This document shows positions 40,601 through 51,662 of a stretch of 64,000 nt of DNA, in pieces. Numbering within the stretch: position 1 is the first letter of the stretch; each line of letters starts with the position of its first letter. Position numbers and translations under genes: made by a program. The notes under the pieces are model-generated. The model did not search any database. It had not been told where the DNA came from and saw only the letters and a list, made by a program, of their open reading frames with translations. This DNA is from Tubiluchus corallicola (lineage: Eukaryota; Animalia; Priapulida). The DNA is taken from NCBI GenBank assembly GCA_030141605.1, contig JAQGDQ010000096.1, positions 248,001 to 312,000 on the forward strand, in the 5' to 3' direction.

Positions 40601-43397
40601 AACGTAGAAATTATGAGCATCTATTCAGACGAAGCAGAGCAAAATGAGGCTGAAGCTGGTGAAAACGTCAAATGTAAATTAAAAGGGGTGGAGGAAGAGG
40701 ATGTATCACAAGGTTTTGTGCTGTGTGACCTGAATAGCCCGTGTAACACTGGATCAGTGTTTGATGCACAGGTAAGAAAGAGCATGCATACGTGGTGGGT
40801 GCATTGGTGCACAGGTAAGGGAGACATGTGCACGTGGTGGTGCATTGGTGCACAGGTAAGAGAGACGTGCACACATGGTGGTGCATTGGTGCACAGGTAA
40901 GAGAGACGTGCACACGTGGTGGTGCATTGGTGCACAGGTAAGGGAGACGTACACACGTGGTGGTGCATTTGTGTACAGGTAAGAGAGACGTGCACATGTG
41001 GTGGTGCATTTGTGCACAGGTAAGGGAGACGTGCGCACGTGGTGGTGCATTGGTGCACAGGTAAGAGAGACATGCACACATGATGGTGCATTTGTGCACA
41101 GGTAAGAGAGACGTGCACACGTGGTGGTGCATTGGGTGCACAGGTAAGGGAGACGTACACATGTGGTGGTGCATTTGTGCACAGGTAAGAGAAACATGCA
41201 CGCATGATGGTGCATTGGTGCACAGGTAAGGGAGACGTGCGCACGTGGTGGTGCATTGGTGCACAGGTATGAGAGACATGTACACATGGTGGTGCATTGG
41301 TGCACAGGTAAGGGAGACGTACACACAGATGGTGGTGCATTGGTGCACAGGTAAGGGAGACGTGTGCACGTAGTGGTGCATTGGTGCACAGGTAAGAGAG
41401 ACATGTGCACGTGGTGGTGCATTGGTGCTCAGGTAAGAGAGACGTGCACACGTGGTGGTGCATTGGTGCACAGGTAAGGGAGACGTACACACAGATGGTG
41501 CACTGGTGTGTAAATAGGATGAATTAAAAATTTAGATTAGATTACATGTTATTGACTGAATGTTACAGGGTAAAACACATATAAAGGTAGTAACAATATT
41601 AATAAACACAAGCACTAAAAAACAGTTCAATAGCACAGACTGACTTAAACAGGAACAATTGCACATAAAATCACTTTACTACAAATGTCAGTAGTGCAAA
41701 GTTAAAATTCCTTAAAAATTTCGAAACATTTACGTATAAAGTGAAAACAATATTTTCAGATTAGAATAATTATAAACATATGCTTACGATGACATATCAA
41801 CATTGTTGAACTCATTTGACTGTCTGGTGTGTTCAGTTTTAACATAGAAGCACAGAATGTGTTCTTCTTCTTGAATCATTTGTCCATTGCATGGACATCT
41901 GACAAACATAAATAGAACTGCAAGCAGCAATGTTGCTGCGTCAGTCCTTCATCTGGAAGCAAAGGCTTGTTTTTTCAACATCTGGTTATTTGTTTATTTT
42001 TGTTGCATACTTAAAAAAAAATTTCACATAAGGTTTTTCCAAACACTTGTTATACTGTAGTATGGTCTGTATTATAGTATGTGCAGGTTAATGCAAAAGA
42101 TACAGACTGTCTGCAGTGGTCAATTCTTGACTGACTTTGGCAAGATAGATGTGACGAGTTTTGTTATACTTAATTTAACGGTTTTTTTGTTTTTAGCAAA
42201 ATTTAAGCAATCTGTTTTCTAGTCTTAAAGTTTAAGTTACCTAATCTAAGTAATTGATTAAATACTAGAATGACTAGGTATTTGTTCCATATTGTATGTT
42301 AACATGCTCAAGCTTTTGAAAGACGGGCTAATTGAAAGTGTGCCACCCACCCAGCCTGCATTTGTTTATAATTTGCTTCATCTTGATCAAAGATTTTTTT
42401 GTTTTTAGGTTGTGATATTAGAACATAAATCAATTATCTGTGCTGGTTACAGCTGCGTACTTCATGTGCATACGTGCGTGGAAGAAATTACAATTAAGGT
42501 ATGATAGTCACTGAGTACATCTATATTGTATATTCTAGTATGTAGCATCATCAAGCACGAATGTTTAGATGTACCTTGTTTTTATCTCTTTTCCTGAAAA
42601 AACTCATTTTATGTGCTCGAAAATTTTGTAAATTACAAAGATAAAGTAATTCTATTTAGATAGATACTTGCTACAATTTTAGTTATGAATGCTAAATTGA
42701 ATTTTGAAGTCAATTTTGGGATTACTAGTTATTTGTTTTTTCTAGGCTCTTATTTGTCTCATTGATAAAAAGACTGGCGAAAAGTCAAAAACACGACCAC
42801 GATTCATTAAGCAAGACCAGGTAGCTATTGTTCGGTTCCAAACTGCTGGGGTCATCTGCATTGAGACTTTCAAAAACTTTGCTCCAATGGGACGCTTTAC
42901 ACTACGTGATGAAGGTATAAAAATAAAAAAATTATTCAACAATTTATTAAAGTATAGAAAAACATATATTATCAAGAGCTTGTAAATAGTATACTGCAGT
43001 TTCAATACATTCATAATTGCTTAATACCGTAGAAACAAATACAAATGACCAAAATAGGCGCAAATAGCACAACATTAGTAGAAAATAATTGCAAAAAGAT
43101 AACTAGTAGGTATTAATAAGAATTAGTATGTATTTTTTAATAAATGTCTTACCCGGTCTAAAAGATAATACATTAATTGTATGACTAAACTTGCCCTCCA
43201 TGTTTGTAATGATCTACAATGTTTACCACAGCATTTTAATTTGTGTTGGCATCATGTGTGGGTGTTTGCCTTGAGCATTGAGCACTATTATTGGTAAAAT
43301 CTGTGTTGATCCAAGAAAAGTTATAATTGAGGAGCTTTAATGTTTTTCTACAGGTAGGACAATTGCAATCGGAAAGGTTTTAAGGATCGTTGAGTAA
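28624..43397 (+). CDS. GSPT1: Eukaryotic peptide chain release factor GTP-binding subunit eRF3, 15 exons, about 579 aa
   Basis: Exons 28624-28807, 31779-31889, 32181-32207, 32508-32678, 35586-35619, 36351-36428, 36796-36976, 37109-37263, 37931-38077, 38698-38791, 40008-40088, 40598-40771, 42409-42498, 42746-42914, 43354-43397 (1740 nt). PAM2 motif [11 protein letters not shown]1 GHVDAGKST, DAPGH, NKMD, C-terminal GRFTLRDEG motif, TAA stop. Exons 2-3 lie in the low-complexity N-domain and are less certain. Confidence 0.97.
32883..33321. repeat. 31-bp minisatellite, about 14 copies, eRF3 intron 4
   Basis: Unit atggtagttgtgatgaatgagcatggtagtg repeated almost perfectly (rare gtgctgaa and gaacgagc variants). 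Confidence 0.97.
37278..37310. repeat. (TG)n/(TGCG)n compound microsatellite
   Basis: Direct reading, just downstream of the eRF3 exon 8 donor. Confidence 0.9.
40765..41505 (+). repeat. 41-bp minisatellite, about 18 units, each containing a copy of the eRF3 exon-12 splice donor
   Basis: Consensus tgcacagGTAAGagagacgtgcacacgtggtggtgcattgg; the first unit overlaps the true exon end GATGCACAG|GTAAGA at 40771/40772. Confidence 0.97.
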
Positions 43398-44607
43398 CTT
43401 TTGCTGGGACAAGTGAAATGATGCCACTACCTTTGCTATTTGTACTGGTAAACATCTGCCCTTCTGCCACCGAGAAATAGTATTCTTCAATGCTAGCTGA
43501 TTAACTGTCTTGTATATATGGAACGGTCTGGGTGCTTTTTGCTTTTGATAATAAAAAGAGGCTCTTAAACCCCTTTTGGTCAAGATATTTTATTTTAATA
43601 TAAAAGTCAGAGAATTACATTGCACATACTGTAAATACTGTGTGAATAAAAGATAAAATACTGTGAATTCTGGTAGATAAAATAATTGCAGACTCTTCAG
43701 CATTAGGAATAAAAGATTAAAGAATATCGTCACTGATAGTAGTAATAAAAATACGTTGTACAATGTGTAACTGATAAGTGCAGTAATTGAGTGATTTCCC
43801 TGTAATAAAATAAACAGAACAAGCAGCACTGTAGAATTAAAGTTTAAAGTTATTTCGTTTTGGACACCAGCTAGAAATCAAGCCCTGGTGGTAGCCAGAA
43901 AATTTTAGCATGCAAGCCTAATATACCTTTACCAATTAGGTTTCTGGTTACCTTTAAATAAAATTAGGCATCTAAAATATTCTGTAATAATTGTGTTTGA
44001 CTTAAAATGAATTTGAATGAATTTGTTGATGATGTAGTCAGAAATGTTGCGATGAAGAGAGAAAATACAAACTGTAAGTACAAAATATTGTCGAAATGTA
44101 TTTATAACAAAGTGAGTGCTTCTCTGCAGTTTTCTTTCAATTCAATTATTCGCACACTTTCGAAATCAAATACAAGCTTATTACATTTTATTACTGCTGT
44201 CAGTAAGGCGTTGTTGTTTAGTTTTAACATAATATCAGACAATGAAATGTATACAAATAAAAAACTTTGCTCTAGCTTCAGATATCTTAGCTGGAAAATA
44301 AGATGACAGGAAAAATGAATTATAATCTGATTATTTTAACATTATTCTAAAATTTTACAATCTTTCTTTGTGCAAAACAAACAATATATTGGAGTGTGCA
44401 ATACTTGTACTTTTTAATTAAAGTTGTTGACTATAAAGTAGTAAATGAAAAAGATTTCAGTTAAGTATATTTTCTTTTTGCCTGTCTTAACACCTTGCGC
44501 AAACAGTAAATACATTTATGTACTGTCTCTATATTGGGGTATGCAAACAGAAATGTTTTTTATTTTGTATTAGTTTTTGTAAACTTTATTGTCACACTTT
44601 CAGGTTC

Positions 44608-44748
44608 TCTCAAGTGGCCGTTTTAGCTGCCTCTGTTTACACTTCCGTTGATATCTTTAATAACTTATGAATCATATAAACGGAAAAATAAGCTATGAAT
44701 GATATAAATGGAAAAGTAAGCAGCGGCAGTTAAATCGACCACTTGAGA
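44608..44748. repeat. Imperfect inverted repeat, 48-bp arms (MITE-like or hairpin)
   Basis: 44608-44655 versus the reverse complement of 44701-44748: about 39 of 48 identical by hand; spacer carries a partial direct duplicate of the right arm. Confidence 0.75.
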
Positions 44749-46645
44749 TTAGATCAAGTATGTAATGTGCTTAGATAATCCAAAAGCTGCACGAAAGTCA
44801 ATAAACCTGTGGGAATGAGTTTTTATTTCTGGGAAAGATTTTCGAAATTTATTTTTTGTAATTTAATACATGTTCAAGGCTATTATTGCATGAAGACTAT
44901 ACAAATAGACAACTTATATCTGAATTATATTTAACTTTTGACAATTTGTATGATTTTTTTACCTACTAAACATATTACTAAGCACATATGACATTAAGAA
45001 ATGAAATGACTAAAATACGAAACCTATTTTAGAGGGAAGCTCTAGTATGATCATTAAATTCTGATACTTTTTATGACAGTTACTTTTTTACCTAATTGCA
45101 AAGTAATGCCATTCGTGAATAATAATTTACTGAATAGTGTAATTTGAGTAGCATACTTCAGCAGCCGTGTAATATCCTCACTAGCATTTTATACCTTAAA
45201 TTTGTTTCAGTTAGAGTTTATTTTCCTAAGCTCACTCTTTTAGCTGGCTGCTGTTAAAAAATTTGACACACTATCTGATTTTTCAAACTGTGCATTGTAA
45301 ACATTTTTCATGTGGTCATCCGGCGAAAATAACGACACCTGGCCCAGGCATGATGGATGTTTAAGGCTACCAGAGTGGCGTGTATGTTATGTTGTAACTT
45401 CTAGTAATTGGATGTAAAGTTATATTATAATAAAGGTAATAAATAGCGGTGGGGTGTATAGGGAAGGTACCATTTTTTTTATTGTATTTATTTAATGTGT
45501 ATTATACAGCAAATTTTCTGTTCACATGCTGGTAGAGATTATTTTACAGTCATTCAGTTAAAAATTGGTATGACATTTGCAAAAGAATGTCTGTTTGGGT
45601 ACTGATGAAAAAATATTAAATTTTATCAGTTCTTAAGATATAATAGTTGTACTTATCTCTAACTAGCTAAGATGTCTTACAGTGAAAATTTGTCTATTAA
45701 TTCAAATATCTGATACTTGAACAGTGTAATGTATATGCACATCTAGTAAAACTGAAATTTTTTTGAATTCTCAAGTTCTAGTACAGTTGTATTGTATTTT
45801 ACAAAATTTGTACATTTTCGAGTAATGTTTCTTACTGAAATTTATTGTCAGCTTGTTGTTAGGCTATCAAAAAACATTCTTATATCAAGAATTGTCAGGT
45901 GTTACAGAACATTAATGTGATGAATATATTGCACATTTTATTCATCCTCTGGCATTGTACCATTACCACCAGTTCATGTAAAATGGAAGTTGGCTACCCA
46001 GGTTCTACCAACTAACAAAATTTTGCTTTCATTTCTTTTCATTTCCTTGCACTGAATCAGTGCATTTATTTTTGTATTGTTGCATTTATATCAAAGCTGT
46101 CATGTGAATACGCTTCTAAGTTTAGGCCTACAACTGAATAACATTTGTCAAAGATTGGATGCATGTTGAATTAAGCATCTGTTCTATGGACTATTATTGT
46201 ATGGTATTCCTGCTGATCTTTTTTGTGAATAAAAGTTTGACACTAATTTTTTGTATGTTAAACTGTGCGTAGAATATAATTATAAACAGCTGTATAATGG
46301 AGAAAAATGACATACAACAACTATGACTCGTATGCCCACGGCCATCCAATCTTAATATCACCAAGGTGGAAACTTGTTCCCTGCTTAGGTCAGTGAAATT
46401 TTTTACCAGTGGAAAAAACTGTAGCATCTCCCTTTTACAAACAAAATTCGGTATGTTAACAATTTTGTACATGATGCTTGGGAAAGTATTTGGATAGCTG
46501 AGCTGAAAAAATGTACTTATAGTAAACCAGGCCAGTCTGTAATTTTAATTAAAACATGTTTGCACTTTGCAGAAAGTTGTACTTTAGTGAAAGCTACAAT
46601 TGCAACTAGAGCATGTTAATTATGTTTACTTGTATGTACAAGTAA

Positions 46646-47937
46646 CTAGGTCTTTGGCACAGGAATAATGATAGATCGCTTAAACTGTTTAGGGAATTTA
46701 TAATTGTTTTTTTTAGCATTTGTAAATTCCCTAAACAGTTTAAGCAATCTATCATCATTCCTGTGCCAAAGAGAAACCCAGTTACTACACTTAATGACTA
46801 TAGACCTGTGGTTTAACATCAGTGTTAAGCAAAACACTAGAACGTTTGATCTTACATTTCCTGAAATCTGTTGTTTCACCACGCTTGGACCCATTTCAAT
46901 TTGTATATCGTGCTAATCGTTCCACAGATGATGCTATAACTCTTGTAGTTCATAATGTACTAACACACCTTGATAAACCTAATTGTTATGCCAGAATCCT
47001 TTTCGTTGATTTCACTTCAGCTTCCAATACTACTCTGCCACTAAAATTGTATTATAAAATGACGGAACTCAACATACCTGACTGGCTGTGTAATTTCATA
47101 CTTGAGTTCTTGACAGGGCGATCACAGATCGTCAAGATAATTAATGGAAACAATACCATTTTTCATCTTCTAGGGTTGTTAATACAGGAGCTTCTCAGGG
47201 GTGTGTCCTGCCTCCAATTCTACACACTTTTGTTTACATTATGACAGTGTATCTTCCCGAAATACTATGATGGTAAAATTCGCTGATGATACCACACTGG
47301 CTGGCCTTATTTGCAGTAACAACGAGACTAATTATTTTCAGGAAGTTCAAAATTTAACACGATGGTGCGAACTTTTGCTTATAAATAATACAGCTGTAGA
47401 AATTGTAGATTTCAAATTTCTGGGAATAAAAATTTCAGATGATCTTAAATGGGGAGTTTTTATCGTGCAGTAATTGAAAGCATCTTAACAACATCTCTCA
47501 CTGTTGGGTATGGCGTACCACGCAGGGGGATCGCAATGCTCTTGGTCAAGTTGTTAAATCCGCCTCAAAAATTATAGGAGTTGAACAGCAATCAATGGCA
47601 CATTTGTATGAAACTAGGGTTGCAAAGAGAGCGCAAGCTATCATGAAAGATGAATTCCATACAGGTAATAAATATTTTGAAATGCTCCCCTCTGGTTGTA
47701 GATTCCGCTCAATTAACACTAAATTCTTTCTGTCCCGTTGCAACTTGCACCATCAACAGTAAATTTCAGTAAAGCTCCAATATTAATTCTTTATGTCACT
47801 GTACAACTGATTGAATTATTTGTGTTAATCTCCTTGTTGTTTCTATAAGTTATTGCAGTACATAAACCACATAAATTTCATTGTATGTATTATGCTATAA
47901 TGACAATAAATTGCTTACTACTTCATACACCTAGGTC
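46646..47937 (+). mobile_element. 5'-truncated, frameshifted LINE (L2/Rex1-Babar-like reverse transcriptase)
   Basis: Fragments SIIIPVPK..LNDYRPV, LDPFQFVYRANRSTDDAI, HLDKPNCYARILFVDFTSASNT, GASQGCVL, VKFADDTTL, FKFLGIKISDDLKW; AATAAA at 47905-47910; possible TSD ctaggtc at 46646-46652 and 47931-47937. Clade call is tentative. Confidence 0.9.
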
Positions 47938-48424
47938 ACAATATGATACATATCATGATAGTAACCTCACGACATGCCTAAGTTAATGTGCGCAGGTTTT
48001 TTAAAAAAACTAAATGAAGCCATTGATAATAATGCTAACCTAAACTTGCAGCACTGAAGGTCTCTGAAACATATCAGATAGCTAAAATTTCGAACTTGCT
48101 ATAAACATAAATAAAATACCAAATATTTTGTGAGGTTACATGCAACGCAGACATGTCACCGTGTAGAGTATAGATAATGTATCAACATTCCTGTTATACA
48201 TGCCTAGCACTTTACCAGTTATCAATTGTACAGTTTGTGAACAGGCACAAAAATATTTCGCAAAAATATTAAATTTTAGGGCATAGGCACTTCATTAATT
48301 TTATTTCAACAAACATTATAATACATATATATAATAGAAACAGGTTTACGATCGTAGCCTTTTTGATAAAGTTCTAACAAAACGACAAATCCCAGGTCAC
48401 TCTCTTATTACAGAAGATAAGTGA

Positions 48425-49810
48425 CTATATATCGACTGGAAACAAGCCATTCTGATCAGCATGCTGCATAAGAGGACAGATTATTGACGTTTCAACGCTT
48501 AGAATATATTCGCATGGTTTTGGTTCTATTAAATACAGAGAAACTGCTTCAGTTTCAGCATTTTCTTTACACTTCAACTTCACTTCCACCATTCTCGGTT
48601 TACCAGTCAAATCACAGAAGTCGCCACCAAAAAAGAAATGCGATACTTGCTTTGGCTTAGCAGACGCACTGGGTCGTTTATGATTATTTTTGTTTAACCA
48701 ATTAACATGCAGTTTTTCATTCCACATTCCAAGCAAAATGTTGATTCTGTCTTTACCCTTTTCTTCGTGAAACTGATATACATGTTTGCCGTAACAAAAT
48801 TCGTATCTCCACCAGCTTCGCCCACCTGATAAACAATATTCACCTTTCAAGAAATTTCTTATAAGTTCTTTATCAGAAACCACTGATGTTGCTGCATTTC
48901 CTTTATCATGTACCAAATCCTCACTATCTTGACCTTTTTGTCTATTGTAAGCATCACTATATTTTAGAGGCTGCGGAGTTATATGCTCTAACGATTTCGG
49001 GGTACGAGGACTTCCTTCTTTTGCATAGCATTCAATATCACGAATTTTTATTTCTTTTGGTTTAAATAAAGGATGATCACATATAAATGAAGTACTAATC
49101 ACAACCTCATACTCACATGTCGATGCCTCTTTCAGATATGTGATTTCATTTCTGCTTCCATCGTTACACACATAGTAAACAACCGTCCTGCGTGGTAAAC
49201 CAGTCAAGTCACAATTTGTTCCGTTAGTCATATTATAATGAATGTACCTGAACTCTGCATTGCCAATTCGTTTTACGGGCAATATTGAAGGCTCTTTAAA
49301 AAGTTCAGAATAGTCACCATCATCCCTTCTGTCAAATCTACCAAGAAAAAACTCTTGAAACGAGGATTTTTTTGCAGTCTCCTTTTCTTCATGATACTGT
49401 CGCAAGTATCTACCATGACAAAGTTCATACATCCAGTACTGCTCAAGACGATACGAACAAGAATTCTGTTCAAAAAGGTCTTCCATCAACCCAGAAATAG
49501 TGGCCCCACTGTAAGTAAAACTTGTCTCGTCTTCTCCTTTTTTGTGCTGAACAGTATCAGGCATAACGCATGTGTATAACTCACTTTCCTGGGTGGAAAT
49601 TTCTACTATCCTTTCAGGCAGTACAGTCTGCAAGTAGTCTTTTTCATTTGGTAAATTTACACGCCATGAAATTTGATGCAGAATTTGATCATCGAATTCA
49701 GGAGCTATCGCGCATGAGCTGACAAAGATAAATACGAACAAGCAACATATTAGTTGGCTCTGTAGGCTAATTCCCTTAGTCCTAAAGTCTGATACTGTAC
49801 AGGTATACAT
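48425..49810 (-). CDS. ERLEC1: Endoplasmic reticulum lectin 1 (XTP3-B/erlectin), single-exon ORF, 461 aa
   Basis: Uninterrupted ORF; hydrophobic N-terminal signal segment; two MRH domains (CSYRLEQYWMYELCHGRYLRQYHE...GTNCDLTGLPRRT...CEYE and CLSGGRSWWRYEFCYGKHVYQFHE...GDFCDLTGKPR...EPKPCEYIL); C-terminus ADQNGLF. Minus-strand AATAAA at 48305-48300. Confidence 0.95.
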   Translation of the reverse strand: MYTCTVSDFRTKGISLQSQLICCLFVFIFVSSCAIAPEFDDQILHQISWRVNLPNEKDYLQTVLPERIVEISTQESELYTCVMPDTVQHKKGEDETSFTYSGATISGLMEDLFEQNSCSYRLEQYWMYELCHGRYLRQYHEEKETAKKSSFQEFFLGRFDRRDDGDYSELFKEPSILPVKRIGNAEFRYIHYNMTNGTNCDLTGLPRRTVVYYVCNDGSRNEITYLKEASTCEYEVVISTSFICDHPLFKPKEIKIRDIECYAKEGSPRTPKSLEHITPQPLKYSDAYNRQKGQDSEDLVHDKGNAATSVVSDKELIRNFLKGEYCLSGGRSWWRYEFCYGKHVYQFHEEKGKDRINILLGMWNEKLHVNWLNKNNHKRPSASAKPKQVSHFFFGGDFCDLTGKPRMVEVKLKCKENAETEAVSLYLIEPKPCEYILSVETSIICPLMQHADQNGLFPVDI

Positions 49811-51662
49811 TTTCTAAAATACAGTCTGCTTCACTTGAAAAAGGCGGCTTAAATCCACGTACATAGCGTCCCAACACTATAACAGACTATAATTTACAAG
49901 GCTAGCAGATACAATGATCATGATATTATTATTGATATTAGGTTTGAATTGAAAAGAAATTACAGAGAAATTGTTTCAGAAACTTAAACTTTCACAGTTC
50001 CACTCAGTAACTCTTGGACTTGTAGTTGTACGCCATACTTTCCTCAGCAAAGACCTTAGGACGCATCTAACTTTTTCACGATCGCTATTCATTTTATTTG
50101 ATTCCGGTCTGTTCTCCCAAATCTCTACTCTGCTGATAAAGAATTAGTTCATTTTATCTTATAAATTTTAAAAGCTGGGCTAGCATTATTTCGGTCACAG
50201 AGGCTTCTGCTTCTCCAGCACTACGTTACAATTTAACTCATTAAGATATTTTACTATTTTGGTAAAATTGTATGGAAATAGTAAAGAAAGCTACAATCTG
50301 TAATATAAAATATAAAGGTCTGTTAAGCCTATTTATAAATTTATTCTTTAACTAAAGGGCAAAAAATTATTAAAAATTTATATTGAAATTTGAAAACTTC
50401 TACTAAATAAGCTTCAGCCTTAGTTAACAAAAATGCAAAATGGCAACTGTTATTTTTAATGGCAAACCTTAAGCAACATTTGGCCTGCTCAGTAAATGAT
50501 GAGTGAGTTTATTTGCATTTCAAATACCATCCTGTTACTTGTATCATCAAGCCAGATGATATGAAAAGAGGATGCACATTGCTCTGAAGCTAGCCAAGGC
50601 TTTTCTACCAGTTCAGCAGCTTCTTTGGAGGATTATCAGTAAAATAAGATGTAAGTTCTGATTTGCAGTACGCTAAAGTGCATAAAAATAGATGTATGTA
50701 GAAATTCCAAATACAAGTATACTAGTACATGTAGAAACTGTTCACATACAGCTTTGTGGTAAACAGTAGCAACCAATACTACAGAGGAAAGAACGTCAAA
50801 AAACAAACTTCCCCAGTAATTATGCACTAAATAAACTCTGCTCTGTTTAACTTCATTTGCTAAGCAGACACTGTAGTCACTTCGCAACTATTGCACCATT
50901 GTAGCTTCACACTCAATACCACAAAATAAAAACTCAAGAAAAGGCAAGACAGTATTCATTTGCTTTATTTAGTGAGTAATTCATTGAAGAACTGGAGATT
51001 TACTTGACAAAAAATACTGCAAATTACCAGTATGCAAGTTATTAAAATTTTTCAAAACTATGTACATACAAATGTTGACCAAGTAAATGCATCCATCAAT
51101 TATAATCTATTCTACTCTAAAGTTTAATATTCCTAACAAATTCTAATCATTCCATTACGAGAAATAAAAATTAAGTTAAAAACTTGCTTGAAATGCACAG
51201 CACACACAGCAGCAAATTAAACACATTCATACAATGCAAGTTCTTAGCTATTTTAATAAAAATGAATTCATCGTCAATACTTTAACAATTTTACACACAG
51301 AAGAATGCCTATTTGTCAATTATGTACAACTCAAACTCACCTTTATTTCTTTAAGTGTAAAGATTGGCACTTATAACACAACTAAAGGTTTTAACTGTAA
51401 AACATTTTTAGAGCATGCTTCACTCCCTCGACAGATAATTCTTCCATTGTGGTGTGTATGAAACACAATTAATACACATAAACTTTGAAATATTTTTGTT
51501 TTCTTGCTGTTATTGCACACTGTAGTAATTGATGATTATTAGGTATGTTCGGAATATATACATACACAATTATATAAAATTTCAATTACGAAATAGTTTA
51601 GCCCAGTGTATGAACAATGTGAAAGCAAATATTTTAGCTGTACACACAGGTTAATGCATTTT

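Noticed and set aside
40621-41492. Cys/His-rich 222-289 aa ORFs, and a CRISPR-like appearance
   Set aside because: ORFs arise from the 41-bp unit lacking minus-strand stops. There are no unique spacers or cas genes, and the context is a eukaryotic intron.
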